Below are positions 17,144-24,253 of a DNA stretch of 27,953 bases, in pieces. Location: positions 2,106 through 30,058 of the forward strand of contig MHUC01000015.1 of NCBI GenBank assembly GCA_001823315.1. Direction: 5' to 3'. Numbering within the stretch: position 1 is the stretch's first letter; the number at the start of each line of letters is the position of its first letter. The DNA comes from Candidatus Wildermuthbacteria bacterium RIFCSPHIGHO2_12_FULL_40_12 (GTDB lineage Bacteria > Patescibacteriota > Minisyncoccia > Minisyncoccales > 2-12-FULL-40-12). Under the pieces are notes generated by a model, which saw only the letters and a program-made list of their open reading frames with translations, ran no database searches and had not been told where the DNA came from. Position numbers and translations under genes: made by a program.

Positions 17144-17371
17144 GAATTTAATATTTAAAAATGAATATCTTTACGAAACGTCTAAAGATCTTGATGGCGA
17201 AGCAAAGCTGTTGAAGAGGGCATTTCGAACCCGGCTAGCTAATAGAAGCACTTCATCACGAACATAGTTGGCTGGGGATAATTAGGCGCAGCTGGGAAAA
17301 ATCCTGTATATAATACTACAGCTGACACCGTGCTCTCTGAAACATTTTTGCGTAGCGACCCAAAGACAATA

Positions 17372-17908
17372 TCAAGAATAATGCTCTGAATTGCGCAAAT
17401 GAAGTAAGGCTGTTATAACTGCTATTTTGCTGTACATTTTTCTATTGATCACTCCTCCTGTCAAAATACCGATCACTCCTTCTGCCCTGCCAACCCTCGG
17501 ATTATCAGTAATGCCCATTTCCCTTGCGGCGTCATCAACCTCGTAGTTATTTTTAAAAATCAAATCAATAAGCTTTTTGGGATATTCAAACATTGGAGAA
17601 GCGCCAATGTGATATTCTTTTCCGTCATATATAGCACACATACAAACATCCATATACCCGCTTTTGGTATTGGGCACGGGGAAAATCCCACTCTCCAATC
17701 CTACAGAGTAATCGCAATTGCCAAATGCATTTTTTGCCCTATTTATTGCTCCACGAATAGTTTCTTCTAGGGTCTTGGGCTGGTTTGAAACTTCAGAATC
17801 CGCTTCTACGGAAACGATCTCTACTCCATCAAATTCTTTATACTCTGAAAAAGCATCTCTAACCGCTCCTACCTTTATTTCATTTTTTGAACCGACTTTT
17901 ATTTTCAT
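17372..17908 (-). CDS. yjjX: Inosine/xanthosine triphosphatase (YjjX, DUF84)
   Basis: VGSKN-x-x-K, SEVSNQP, GAINRA, GLESG and GVIGILTGG. Confidence 0.9.
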   Translation of the reverse strand: MKIKVGSKNEIKVGAVRDAFSEYKEFDGVEIVSVEADSEVSNQPKTLEETIRGAINRAKNAFGNCDYSVGLESGIFPVPNTKSGYMDVCMCAIYDGKEYHIGASPMFEYPKKLIDLIFKNNYEVDDAAREMGITDNPRVGRAEGVIGILTGGVINRKMYSKIAVITALLHLRNSEHYS

Positions 17909-18681
17909 AAAATAAAAAGTAAGAATAATAGAACAATGATGATTCTATATATACCAAAAGAAATAAAAGTATGGTTTTGGATAAATCGCAAAAGCCACTT
18001 TATGCTAACCATTGCCGCAAAAAAAGAAACAATAAAGCCGAACGCCAACAGATGAAATTGATTTAACGAGAAAACGCCGGCGCTTTTCCATAAATCAAAA
18101 ATTGTTGCCGCCGCCATTGTCGGCACCGCCAGCAAAAATGAAAATTCAACAATGGTTTTCCTGCTAACGCCCATTGCCAATCCCCCAATAATCGTTGCCG
18201 CCGCTCTCGAAACCCCCGGAATCATTGCGATAGATTGAACCGTTCCAATAATAAAAGCTTTTGGATAGCTGATACTATTTAGCCCTTCGCCATTGGCTCT
18301 TTGTTCTTTGCTTCTATGCCAAAGCTCAAAAATAATCAAAACGATACCGCCAAGCAAAAGCGACCAAATCACAAGCTGAACATTTGAAAGAAGAACTTCT
18401 TTCATTGTCTTATAAAATATAAATCCCAAAATCGCGGTAGGCAAAAAAGCAACCGCTACCTTTTTCCAGATTTCTTTGTCGCTAATAACCCGTTTCCAAT
18501 ATAAGACAACGACTGCCAAAATCGCTCCTAATTGAATGGCGATTTCAAAACTTTTAAGAAAGTTTGAGTCGGCAATGCCTAAAAACCGGCTCGTTAAAAT
18601 CAGATGCCCGGTTGAAGAAATAGGCAAAAATTCCGTTATGCCTTCAACCACGCCCAAAATTAAAACTTGAATAAAATCCAT
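17905..18681 (-). CDS. uppP: Undecaprenyl-diphosphate phosphatase
   Basis: VEGITEFLPISSTGHL, IQLGAILAV and PGVSRAAATI. Confidence 0.96.
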   Translation of the reverse strand: MDFIQVLILGVVEGITEFLPISSTGHLILTSRFLGIADSNFLKSFEIAIQLGAILAVVVLYWKRVISDKEIWKKVAVAFLPTAILGFIFYKTMKEVLLSNVQLVIWSLLLGGIVLIIFELWHRSKEQRANGEGLNSISYPKAFIIGTVQSIAMIPGVSRAAATIIGGLAMGVSRKTIVEFSFLLAVPTMAAATIFDLWKSAGVFSLNQFHLLAFGFIVSFFAAMVSIKWLLRFIQNHTFISFGIYRIIIVLLFLLFIL

Positions 18682-18827
18682 ACTTGACCGCCCCGTCTAA
18701 TAAAAAGACAGACGGCTGGCGGGATTATTGTATTCTATCATAATCGTTAGATATGGGAAAAATCCGACTTTGACTTTCTACGGACTTTATGCGAATCTGA
18801 TAATAGCTCTCAAGAAGGAGGCAGATT

Positions 18828-19025
18828 ATGCCAATATGGCTCACTGTCGCATTGATTATTTGGAGCATCTGTTCCGTGCTGGTGGCTGCGGTAATATCCG
18901 TAGAACCCGAAAAAACCAAATACTCTAAATGGTGGCTTGGCCTCTGCATCATTGGAGGCCCTATCACCATGGTAATGCATGTGATAGGAATAATCCAAAT
19001 CATTGCAGAAGTTGAATCAAAGTAA
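18828..19025 (+). CDS. Small membrane protein
   Basis: AAGGAGG SD 6 nt before the ATG; two hydrophobic helices. Confidence 0.7.
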   Translation: MPIWLTVALIIWSICSVLVAAVISVEPEKTKYSKWWLGLCIIGGPITMVMHVIGIIQIIAEVESK

Positions 19026-19050
19026 TATCCACAAAAAACAAAAACTAAAA

Positions 19051-19072
19051 GCCCCCGAATCAAATCGAGGGC
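19051..19072 (-). terminator. Intrinsic terminator after msrB (possibly bidirectional)
   Basis: GCCCUCGA-6 nt-UCGGGGGC stem (one G-U pair) followed by long U tracts. Confidence 0.7.
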
Positions 19073-19100
19073 TGTTTTATTACTGTGGTAGATTAAAGAA

Positions 19101-19481
19101 TTAATTCTTTTTGGATTTCTCCAATTCCAAACACACAGAATTGATACAATATCTTTTACCTCCATCCTCTTTCGGACCATCATCAAAAACATGCCCTAAA
19201 TGAGCACTGCATTTTTTACATTTTACTTCGGTTCTCTTCGTTCCCGCACTCAAATCATCCTCCAGTTCAACGTTTTTTGAATTGGCGGGTTCCGTAAAAC
19301 TTGGCCAACCGGTCCCCGAGTCAAACTTGGTATTAGACGAAAAAAGCTCTGCGCCACAAATAGCGCATTTATACATCCCTTTTTCATTGATATTCCAATA
19401 CTTACCGGAAAAAGGCGCTTCCGTCCCCTTTTCTCTCGCCACCCTATATAATTCTTCCGGTAAATCCTTATTTTGCCGCAT
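19101..19481 (-). CDS. msrB: Peptide-methionine (R)-S-oxide reductase
   Basis: [25 protein letters not shown] and RYCINS; two CxxC motifs. Confidence 0.96.
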   Translation of the reverse strand: MRQNKDLPEELYRVAREKGTEAPFSGKYWNINEKGMYKCAICGAELFSSNTKFDSGTGWPSFTEPANSKNVELEDDLSAGTKRTEVKCKKCSAHLGHVFDDGPKEDGGKRYCINSVCLELEKSKKN

Positions 19482-20001
19482 TTTTTAGCAATTCATTAAA
19501 TTTATTCTTGAGTTTCTCTATTTTCGGACTGATAACAATCTGACAATAAGGAGCTTTTTTATTCTTCTCGTAATAATCCCTATGATATTTCTCTGCCGGA
19601 TAAAATTTATCCAGCGGCTTCGCCTCTGTTACAACATCGCTGCCAAGCTCTTTGATGAAATCTTCCGTCTCTTTCTTCTGCTCTTGAGAAGTATACAGAA
19701 TAATTGAACGGTATTGCGCGCCAATATCGTTACCTTGGCGATTTAAAGTCGTTGAGTCATGCATGGCAAAAAATACCGTTAAAAGATCTTTAAAACTGAT
19801 TTCGTCAGGACTAAATTCAATTTTTACGACTTCGGCGTGGCCGGTTTTACCGCCACAAACTTCTTCATAAGTAGGGTTTTCTGTAATACCGGCGGCATAT
19901 CCCGGCTCAACAGAAATCACCCCTTTTAACATTTTGAAAACCGTTTCCGTACACCAGAAACACCCACCGCCAAACACAATAACGCTATTCATATTTTTCA
20001 T
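19468..20001 (-). CDS. msrA: Peptide-methionine (S)-S-oxide reductase
   Basis: [31 protein letters not shown] and YHRDYY. Confidence 0.96.
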   Translation of the reverse strand: MKNMNSVIVFGGGCFWCTETVFKMLKGVISVEPGYAAGITENPTYEEVCGGKTGHAEVVKIEFSPDEISFKDLLTVFFAMHDSTTLNRQGNDIGAQYRSIILYTSQEQKKETEDFIKELGSDVVTEAKPLDKFYPAEKYHRDYYEKNKKAPYCQIVISPKIEKLKNKFNELLKNAAK

Positions 20002-20146
20002 TGTATGTTTTAGCTTAGGTTTTTCCGAATTTAATAAGGTTTAATCCTTCGACAAGTTGTTCAAACTTTGATGAGTTTCCCGTTTGGGACCTGAGACCTT
20101 TTAGGATCGAATGACATGCTTGATGAGTTCGGCATTAACTTCATTT

Positions 20147-20392
20147 TTATGTTTGATTGATTAAGGCCAGTTTTTTGTTTCTATTCCAACCCTTTATTTT
20201 AGTTTCTCGCTGTCTCACCTCTTTTAGAGTTTTAAATTTTTCTGTATATCTCAAAATAACTGGCCTGCGAATTTTAGTGTAATGCGCGCCCCATTTTGAA
20301 TTATTATGTTGTTTTAATCTCTTTTCAAGATTGTTTGTACAACCAACATAAAAAGAACCATCGGCGCACTCAAGAATATAGACGTAAAACAT
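20147..20392 (-). CDS. Small GIY-YIG nuclease (UPF0213/YhbQ-like)
   Basis: YVYIL-x6-FYVG-x-T...R-x-x-x-H-N...YT-x-x-RRPV...RE. Confidence 0.92.
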   Translation of the reverse strand: MFYVYILECADGSFYVGCTNNLEKRLKQHNNSKWGAHYTKIRRPVILRYTEKFKTLKEVRQRETKIKGWNRNKKLALINQT

Positions 20393-20460
20393 AATTATAT
20401 CACTTCTACTTCACTGCGGTTCAGCATCAGTGTCTTCTTCTTTTTATTTAAGAGTCGCAG

Positions 20461-20492
20461 ACCCTGAGGAGCACTCAAAGTGCGACGAAGGG
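20461..20492. repeat. REP-like palindrome at the 3' end of the tRNA fragment
   Basis: ACCCTGAGGA-GCAC-TCAAA-GTGC-GACGAAGGG: inner hairpin plus CCCT/AGGG outer pairing. Confidence 0.55.
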
Positions 20493-20546
20493 CTGCGGGA
20501 CCTGGATTCGAACCAAGATACCATCCTCCAGAGGAATGTGTCCTAC
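20493..20546 (-). tRNA. 3' portion (nt 18-71) of an interrupted tRNA-Gln(CTG)
   Basis: 54 nt matching 20580-20633 except for 2 substitutions, both of which become G-U pairs. Confidence 0.85.
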
Positions 20547-20547
20547 T

Positions 20548-20892
20548 TCACCCCGCCAAATTCTTCTTCCTTCCCAAAGCTGCGGGACTTGGATTCGAAC
20601 CAAGATACCATCCTCCAGAGGGATGTGTCCTACCGTTAGACGATCCCGCAGCTTTGGCAATGAATTTTCTAAAAGCACTGCCGCCTTTCCAACTCTTAAC
20701 TTTCTTTTCTTTCTCTCTTGCCTCTTTGATTGTAGTAAAAATTTCAGTATATATTAGTTCCCACGGTCTATCTACTTTTGTTGAAACTACACCTCCGCTA
20801 TTATGCCTTTCTATCCTTTCTTCTGGGTTTAAAACAGTAATACCAATGTAATGTTTACCAACTTTATTTTTTAAAATATAAAGATGTGGCAT
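20548..20892 (-). CDS. Small GIY-YIG nuclease whose last ~35 codons run through the tRNA-Gln
   Basis: MPHLYILKNKVGKHYIG-x-T...ERIERHN...STK-x-x-RPWELIY-x-E...AREKE; the ORF track shows no stop until 20548. Confidence 0.88.
   Translation of the reverse strand: MPHLYILKNKVGKHYIGITVLNPEERIERHNSGGVVSTKVDRPWELIYTEIFTTIKEAREKEKKVKSWKGGSAFRKFIAKAAGSSNGRTHPSGGWYLGSNPSPAALGRKKNLAG
20580..20650 (-). tRNA. tRNA-Gln(CTG), intact, CCA not encoded
   Basis: TGCGGGA/TCCCGCA acceptor, GTCT/GGAC D-stem, CATCC-CTCTGGA-GGATG anticodon arm, CTTGG-TTCGAAT-CCAAG T-arm. Confidence 0.95.
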
Positions 20893-20908
20893 AAATTTGG
20901 CGGGACAA

Positions 20909-20924
20909 GTTAGACGATCCCGCA
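20909..20924 (-). tRNA. 5' portion (nt 1-16) of the interrupted tRNA-Gln
   Basis: TGCGGGATCGTCTAAC identical to 20650-20635. Confidence 0.85.
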
Positions 20925-20926
20925 AT

Positions 20927-20962
20927 ATTCGTGTAAATTCGCTCAAATTCGTATTGATTCGC
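20927..20962. repeat. Four ATTCG motifs at an exact 10-nt period
   Basis: ATTCG at 20927, 20937, 20947 and 20957. Confidence 0.75.
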
Positions 20963-20964
20963 GG

Positions 20965-21870
20965 TCAGACCTCCAGATGCTTTTTCATAGCAATAATACT
21001 TGAAACAACACCAAGGCCAATACCTACTAAAAGTTGGATGAAGAATAAAAGCCAAAATTTAGATAGAAAAACGCCGGAAATACTTAAACCAGAGAATAAA
21101 ACCGTGAGCTTAGGGCTCAAAATAAAAATGGCGATGCTGAAAATTAGAGCCGCTCCAACCGCCGCAAAAACCCCGGATATCGCCCCTTGAGCCAAGAATG
21201 GTCCCCGGATAAACCAATTGGAAGCTCCAACCAGCCGCTGAATCGCGATCTCCTCTCTGGCGTTATAAATTGCCAACCGCACTTGGTTGAAAGCGACAAG
21301 AATCGCGACAATTGCCAGCACCAAAGACATGATTATTCCCAACGCGTTAAAAGTTGCGGTCATCGCGGAAATCCTATCAATCACCGGTTTTCTTTCGTGG
21401 TAGTCAACTTTGTCAATCAAATCTTTACTCGGAGAATTTTCCAGAAAACTAACCACAGCGTCGTACTGATTCGCTTGCCAGGCCTTAACGTTAAGCGCCG
21501 GCAATAATGGATTCCCCACTTCCGCCAAGGACTCAATCACCACGGGGTTGTTTTTATATCGCTCAACGAAACGATCCAACGCCTCGGCTCTGGAAACATA
21601 CTGCACCTCTTTGACTTCGGGGATTTTGGCGATTTCGTCTTTTAAAACCAAGATTTCTTCTTCCGCCACGGTATCTTTCAAATAAATACTGATGTCAACC
21701 TTCTCTTGAATGACGTTTATCAGATAATCAGCAACGTCTTTCATTATCAAGAGCGACGTTATCAAAAAAATCGTCATCCCTATGATGAAACAGGTGGCAA
21801 TGGAAATAGCGCTGTTCCTTATAAAATTAAGCCAGCCCGTTTTGATTGTTTTTTTCAGTAAAGTAAGCAT
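20965..21870 (-). CDS. ftsX: Cell division permease FtsX
   Basis: TM1, extracellular domain with VQYVSRAEAL and NPL, REEI-x-I-x-x-LVGASNWFIRGPF; start MLTLL. Confidence 0.93.
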   Translation of the reverse strand: MLTLLKKTIKTGWLNFIRNSAISIATCFIIGMTIFLITSLLIMKDVADYLINVIQEKVDISIYLKDTVAEEEILVLKDEIAKIPEVKEVQYVSRAEALDRFVERYKNNPVVIESLAEVGNPLLPALNVKAWQANQYDAVVSFLENSPSKDLIDKVDYHERKPVIDRISAMTATFNALGIIMSLVLAIVAILVAFNQVRLAIYNAREEIAIQRLVGASNWFIRGPFLAQGAISGVFAAVGAALIFSIAIFILSPKLTVLFSGLSISGVFLSKFWLLFFIQLLVGIGLGVVSSIIAMKKHLEV

Positions 21871-21874
21871 ATTT

Positions 21875-22573
21875 TTACAAAACAAACCTGCCTTTTTCCT
21901 CGTCTCTGATCAGCTTTCCGTTTTCCAGGGTAATTACTCTTCTCTTAAGGTTATTGACTATTTCTTTGTTGTGCGTTGCCAAGATAATAATAGTGCCAAA
22001 ATTGTTTATATTTAAAAGAAGCTTCAAGATCTCCGAAGTATGATAGGGATCTAAGTTTCCGGTCGGTTCGTCGGCGAAAATAACGTCGGGCCTATGAATT
22101 AAGGCGCGGGCTATCACCACCCTTTGCTTTTCTCCGCCAGACATCTCGGCGGGAAAACTGTGCGATTTATCAGATAAACCAACTATTTTTAAAACTTCGG
22201 GGACGTCTCTGGAGATTTCTTCGTCTTCGTACCCCATAACTTCCAAGACATAAGCGATATTTTCGTAAGCCGTTTTTGTCGGCAGAAGCTTGTAGTCCTG
22301 AAAAACCGTGCCGATTCTTCGTCTTAAATGAAAAATGCTGGGTTTTGCTATTTTGTGGACATCCTGGCCGTCAAAGAAAACCCTCCCTTTTGTGGGCTTC
22401 TCTTCCGCCAAAAGCAATTTTAGCAAGGTGGTCTTTCCGGCGCCGGATTTCCCAACCACAGAAACAAATTCTTTTTTGTTTACCTCAAAAGAAACGTTGT
22501 CCAGCGCCACTTTTGCGATAGACCCTATATGGTTTTTGTCGTATATTTTGGTGGTATTTTGGAACTTTAGCAC
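21875..22573 (-). CDS. ftsE: Cell division ATP-binding protein FtsE
   Basis: GKSGAGKTT, VFQDYKLL, SGGEKQRV and DEPTGNLD; GTG start; upstream of ftsX. Confidence 0.95.
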   Translation of the reverse strand: MLKFQNTTKIYDKNHIGSIAKVALDNVSFEVNKKEFVSVVGKSGAGKTTLLKLLLAEEKPTKGRVFFDGQDVHKIAKPSIFHLRRRIGTVFQDYKLLPTKTAYENIAYVLEVMGYEDEEISRDVPEVLKIVGLSDKSHSFPAEMSGGEKQRVVIARALIHRPDVIFADEPTGNLDPYHTSEILKLLLNINNFGTIIILATHNKEIVNNLKRRVITLENGKLIRDEEKGRFVL

Positions 22574-22635
22574 GAATAGTCACCGCTAATTTTAACACGA
22601 ATATTCTCTAATAATCATCAGCGAATAATAGTGAT

Positions 22636-23722
22636 TTAATCTGCGGCTTTATTAATGGCTTTGACTTCCGCCTCTATAAACTCTTCTAAATTGCCGTCCA
22701 GCACATCCTCCACTTGAGAAGTTTCCAATCCCGTCCTTAAGTCCTTTACCATTTTATAAGGATGTAGAACATAACTCCTTATCTGATTTCCCCAGCTGGC
22801 GTCAATTTTCTCTCCTTTAACGTCTTTCAGCTCTTTTTTGCGCTTCTGTTCTTCCAGTTGATACAGTTTTGCCGTCAAAATTTTCATTGCTTTTTCCCTG
22901 TTCTGGCCTTGAATCCTTTCTGCTTGCGAAGTCACAACAATGCCGGTTGGCAAATGCGTAACCCTGACAGCCGATTCTCTTTTATTGACATACTGTCCGC
23001 CGGGGCCCGAAGCTCTGTAAAAATCTATTCTTAAATCATCTGGTTTGACTTTGACCTCTGCGTCATTCCCGGCAATTTCCGGCAATACTTCAACTAAAGC
23101 AAATGATGTGTGACGTAATTTCTTGGCGGAGAATGGCGAAAGGCGCACCAACCGATGCACTCCGGTTTCTTTTCTTAAAAAACCGTACGCAAAGAAACCA
23201 TTGATTTCCATCGCAACATGCTTTATCCCTATTCTGCCTTCCGGTCCCCCGCTTTCTCCGAACGACTGGCTTAATATTTTCGTTTTATATCCCTTTAAAG
23301 AGCAATAACGTTCGTACATCCTCAACAGGATTGTTGCCCAATCTTGCGCGTCCTGCCCTCCGGCTCCCGCCATTATCTGTAAAATCGCGTTTCCCTTATC
23401 GTATTTTCCAGACAGAAAAATCTCAATTTCTTTTTTCTTTAATTTTCTTTGAAATTCCTCTGCCTCCGCCTCTCCGCCGATTTCTTTTATAATATCCAGA
23501 TCCTCTTTTAATTTTTCGAAGTCCCCTATTCTTTCTTTTAACAACGATAACTCCTTGCTGATTTTTGCCGCCCGTTCTCCTTCCTTGTTCCAGATATCGG
23601 GATTTTGAAGCTCTTGTTCTAATTCTTTAACCTTTTCTTGTTTTTTGGCTAAGTCAAAGACGGTCCGCCAGCTGGCGGAGGTTACTTTCTAATTCCTGAA
23701 TTTTTATTGATAAATCGTTCAT
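22636..23722 (-). CDS. prfB: Peptide chain release factor 2 with programmed +1 frameshift (about 361 aa)
   Basis: First frame MNDLSIKIQELESNLRQLADRL then CTT TGA C; the +1 frame continues DLAKKQEK into the 302-aa ORF with SPF and GGQ motifs. Confidence 0.96.
23653..23659 (-). promoter_or_regulatory. RF2 autoregulatory frameshift site CTT TGA C
   Basis: Canonical prfB slippery site at codon 22; GGCGGA upstream at the internal SD position. Confidence 0.92.
23664..23679. repeat. 16-bp perfect palindrome TCCGCCAGCTGGCGGA inside prfB
   Basis: Read directly; CCGCCAGCTGGCGGAG recurs at 24720-24735. Confidence 0.85.
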
Positions 23723-23844
23723 ACGGTTGTAAATTTATCTGTGAATGAGTATAGCAAATTGGCGAGAAAAATAAAGCGCCTTGACTATTATAACAATCTA
23801 CAGCAATATTATATCAGCATCATATTAAAGAAAGGAAGGGTAAG

Positions 23845-24099
23845 ATGAACGGTTTACAGTGTTCTCGAATAATAAAAGGGTGGAGCGAGAAAGAGTTAGC
23901 CGAAAAATCAGGAGTGACAAAGGCAACTATCAGAAATGTGGAAAAGGGCAAAACAAACCCAAGCCACACAACGCGCAAGAAACTGGCTAAAGCGCTTGGA
24001 ATTAAAGAAGGCGACATTTTCCCCGCGCAAGAAGGAAAAAAGAAAATAACAAAGGTTCACGTCATTGCCAGGCTGAATCGTCCCGATCCGGACGATTAA
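23845..24099 (+). CDS. XRE-family helix-turn-helix regulator
   Basis: GWSEKELAEKSGVTKATIRNVEKG-x-x-x-P...LAKALG. Confidence 0.9.
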   Translation: MNGLQCSRIIKGWSEKELAEKSGVTKATIRNVEKGKTNPSHTTRKKLAKALGIKEGDIFPAQEGKKKITKVHVIARLNRPDPDD

Positions 24100-24118
24100 T
24101 ACCTTCCTCAACTAAAAT

Positions 24119-24142
24119 AAAACCCCGTATCTGGGGTTTTTT
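24119..24142 (+). terminator. Intrinsic terminator
   Basis: AAAACCCCG-TATC-TGGGGTTTT followed by further T. Confidence 0.75.
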
Positions 24143-24192
24143 GCTTGAAATGAAGGTCGGTTAGAAAAATCTCTTTCAAGTATATCACTAAA

Positions 24193-24221
24193 TTGACAAA
24201 AATAAATCGCGGTGATAATTT
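24193..24221 (+). promoter_or_regulatory. Sigma70 promoter
   Basis: TTGACA-17 nt-TAATTT with a TGA extension. Confidence 0.65.
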
Positions 24222-24253
24222 AATAAAAGAAACTTGAAAGGAGTTCTTTAACA

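Larger units (their letters stand above)
20547..20908 (-). mobile_element. 362-nt insert in the tRNA-Gln D-loop, bounded by inverted repeats, carrying a GIY-YIG ORF and an intact tRNA-Gln
   Basis: Ends TTGTCCCGCCAAATT (20908-20894) and AATTTGGCGGGGTGA (20562-20548) pair over 15 nt; the flanks are complementary tRNA pieces. Mobility is inferred, not shown. Confidence 0.6.

Noticed and set aside
17142-17267. 41-aa plus-strand ORF MNLIFKNEYLYETSK...
   Set aside because: No SD, promoter or motif; it starts head-to-head on the NDT-like gene start.
18725-19192. 155-aa minus-strand ORF
   Set aside because: It overlaps msrB out of frame, crosses a terminator, and is antisense to the SD-supported 18828-19025 gene.
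20390-20402. TGA-TATAAT extended -10 as promoter of the downstream GIY-YIG gene
   Set aside because: It lies 1 nt before the ATG, so transcription would start inside the ORF; not called as that gene's promoter.
20493-20579. Ordinary prophage or island attL/attR scar
   Set aside because: It explains the 3' duplicate alone, but not the exactly complementary 5' fragment or the inverted repeat joining the two. No integrase is present. It remains a fallback explanation.
20492-20650. 55-bp direct repeats read as a CRISPR array
   Set aside because: The repeats are tRNA-Gln sequence, there are only two, and no cas genes or leader are present.
20430-20851. ORFs 20430-20639(+), 20475-20678(-), 20480-20851(+) and 20536-20757(+)
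   Set aside because: These are translations of tRNA repeats or antisense to the GIY-YIG gene, with no protein motifs.
20547-20908. Group I or group II intron in tRNA-Gln
   Set aside because: The ORF and nested tRNA fill the insert, leaving no room for a ribozyme core. No P/Q/R/S or domain V motifs were seen, and the site is the D-loop, not the anticodon loop.
23750-23800. Duplicated tRNA-Thr 3' end as an att site
   Set aside because: No copy of GGAGCCACC or similar was found at the left edge of the plus-strand block.
23781-23815. Promoter/operator for the XRE gene
   Set aside because: TTGACT has only a weak -10 at 17 nt and no clean palindrome, so it is not supportable.
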